From Macrostomum lignano (taxonomy: Eukaryota), in assembly GCA_002269645.1 (NCBI GenBank), contig NIVC01002935.1, positions 65,467-129,466 of the forward strand: a stretch of 64,000 nt of DNA. Reading direction: 5' to 3'. The position numbers and the translations under genes are program-made. Shown here in pieces: positions 62,977-64,000 of this stretch. A model generated the notes under the pieces. That model did not search any database. It was given only the letters and a program-made list of their open reading frames with translations, and was not told where the DNA came from. Each line of letters begins with the position of its first letter. Positions within the stretch are counted from its first letter, which is position 1.

Positions 62977-64000
62977 TCAGCTGCTTTCTCCATCAAATAG
63001 GTCTTGATCTCGGTGTGTCCATTTCTATCAGCAATTTGCACGCAGCTGAGCCCGTCTTTGTTTACGTGTCCGATTTTGGCTCCAGCCTCAACCAAAACTT
63101 TCACAGCGTGAAAGTGGCCATTTTTCACTGCGTTTGATAGTGCCGTGTCACCGCTGTAGTCCATTCGCTCCAAGTCCTTGTCAAGCAGTGTCAATTCCTT
63201 GAGCAGCTCGGGTGCCCCTTGTCTGCCGCAACAATCAGCGGGGTTCGACCCGTAGCGTTGGCTAGGTCGATGCGTGCCCCATGAGTTAGCAGGTCGTGAA
63301 AAATGTCTTTGAAGCCCCGAACAGCGACCTCAATCAGACAGGTAGTGTCCATTAGACTGTCTATCCTATTGGCATCTGAGCCAGCCTGAAGCAACTCTTT
63401 TACGGCTTCCCGGTTGCCCTTTATAACGGCAACTTCTAGAGCGGTCCGGCCATTATTGTCCATGGCATTGACGTCTGCACCAGCGTTAAGGAGAGCGTGG
63501 AAAATTTCTTCTCGTCCATCCATGTACATGCTGACAGGTAACAGAGGCCTTGCGCGATCGTAAGGTCCATTCACATCGGCGCCATGTTCGATAAGCAGCT
63601 GTGCCGTTTTGAGACAGTTCGCATCGATAGCATAGGATAATAGAGACTTGCCTCTGATATCGGTAAGTCCCATTTTGACACCCTTCGTCTGAAGAAGAAG
63701 CTTCATTAATTCGAAGCTTTTAGCCTCGACAGCTAGCATTAAAGCAAATTTTCCGTCTTTTCGTTGTCGATTCAAATCGGCGCCCCTTTGAATCAGAAGC
63801 TGTGCGAGCTCGAGATGCCCGCCCGCTACTGCGGCAATTAGAGCAGTGCTCGAGTCTTCCCGACAAGGGGCGTCAATTTGGGCTCCAAACTCTAACAGAA
63901 CTTGGGACACACTCACTCGACCAAGGCGGGAAGCCTTTAAAAGTGGCGGCTCCCTTGACCGTCACAGTCACAGTCGGGAGTTTCAGATCCGGTTTCAAGG
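62977..64000 (-). CDS. Ankyrin-repeat exon (at least 10 repeats) of the ANK-cGLR gene; continues past the window end; two apparent 1-nt deletions
   Basis: Repeated T/PLxxA..GH..LL..GA pattern; donor GA|GTAAGT (phase 2); frame restored by adding 1 nt at ~63210-63212 and ~63952-63954. Confidence 0.88.

Overview
Repeat-rich, intron-containing animal genomic DNA. GC-rich poly-Q/poly-H exons and minisatellite-packed introns suggest an invertebrate, possibly a Macrostomum-like flatworm (inference only). Three spliced minus-strand host genes were rebuilt by hand with phase-compatible GT-AG junctions. (1) A complete FAM13-family RhoGAP gene (7 coding exons, 20344->5575, ~1030 aa) whose first two coding exons lie in a recent ~8.1 kb tandem duplication (13285-21449 / 21450-29555). 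(2) A disrupted alpha-arrestin (ARRDC-like) gene at ~38.9-49.3 kb. One intron holds a long-TIR IS630/Tc1-like transposon whose left TIR is split by a young Ty3/Gypsy element with identical LTRs, a 5-bp TSD and a YQND-mutated RT. (3) A gene fusing at least 10 ankyrin repeats to a cGAS-like (Mab-21/cGLR) nucleotidyltransferase with an apparently intact catalytic triad and a long unclassified C-terminal tail (>64000->57016). This is the most interesting item; its intron holds a BEL/Pao remnant with a full-length tRNA-derived SINE inside. Also present: a hAT-type MITE, an endonuclease-less RNase H-bearing LINE, many tandem repeats and AT-rich CpG-depleted blocks. Most ORF-track entries are repeat-derived or antisense artefacts. 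No database searches were run; family calls rest on recalled motifs.
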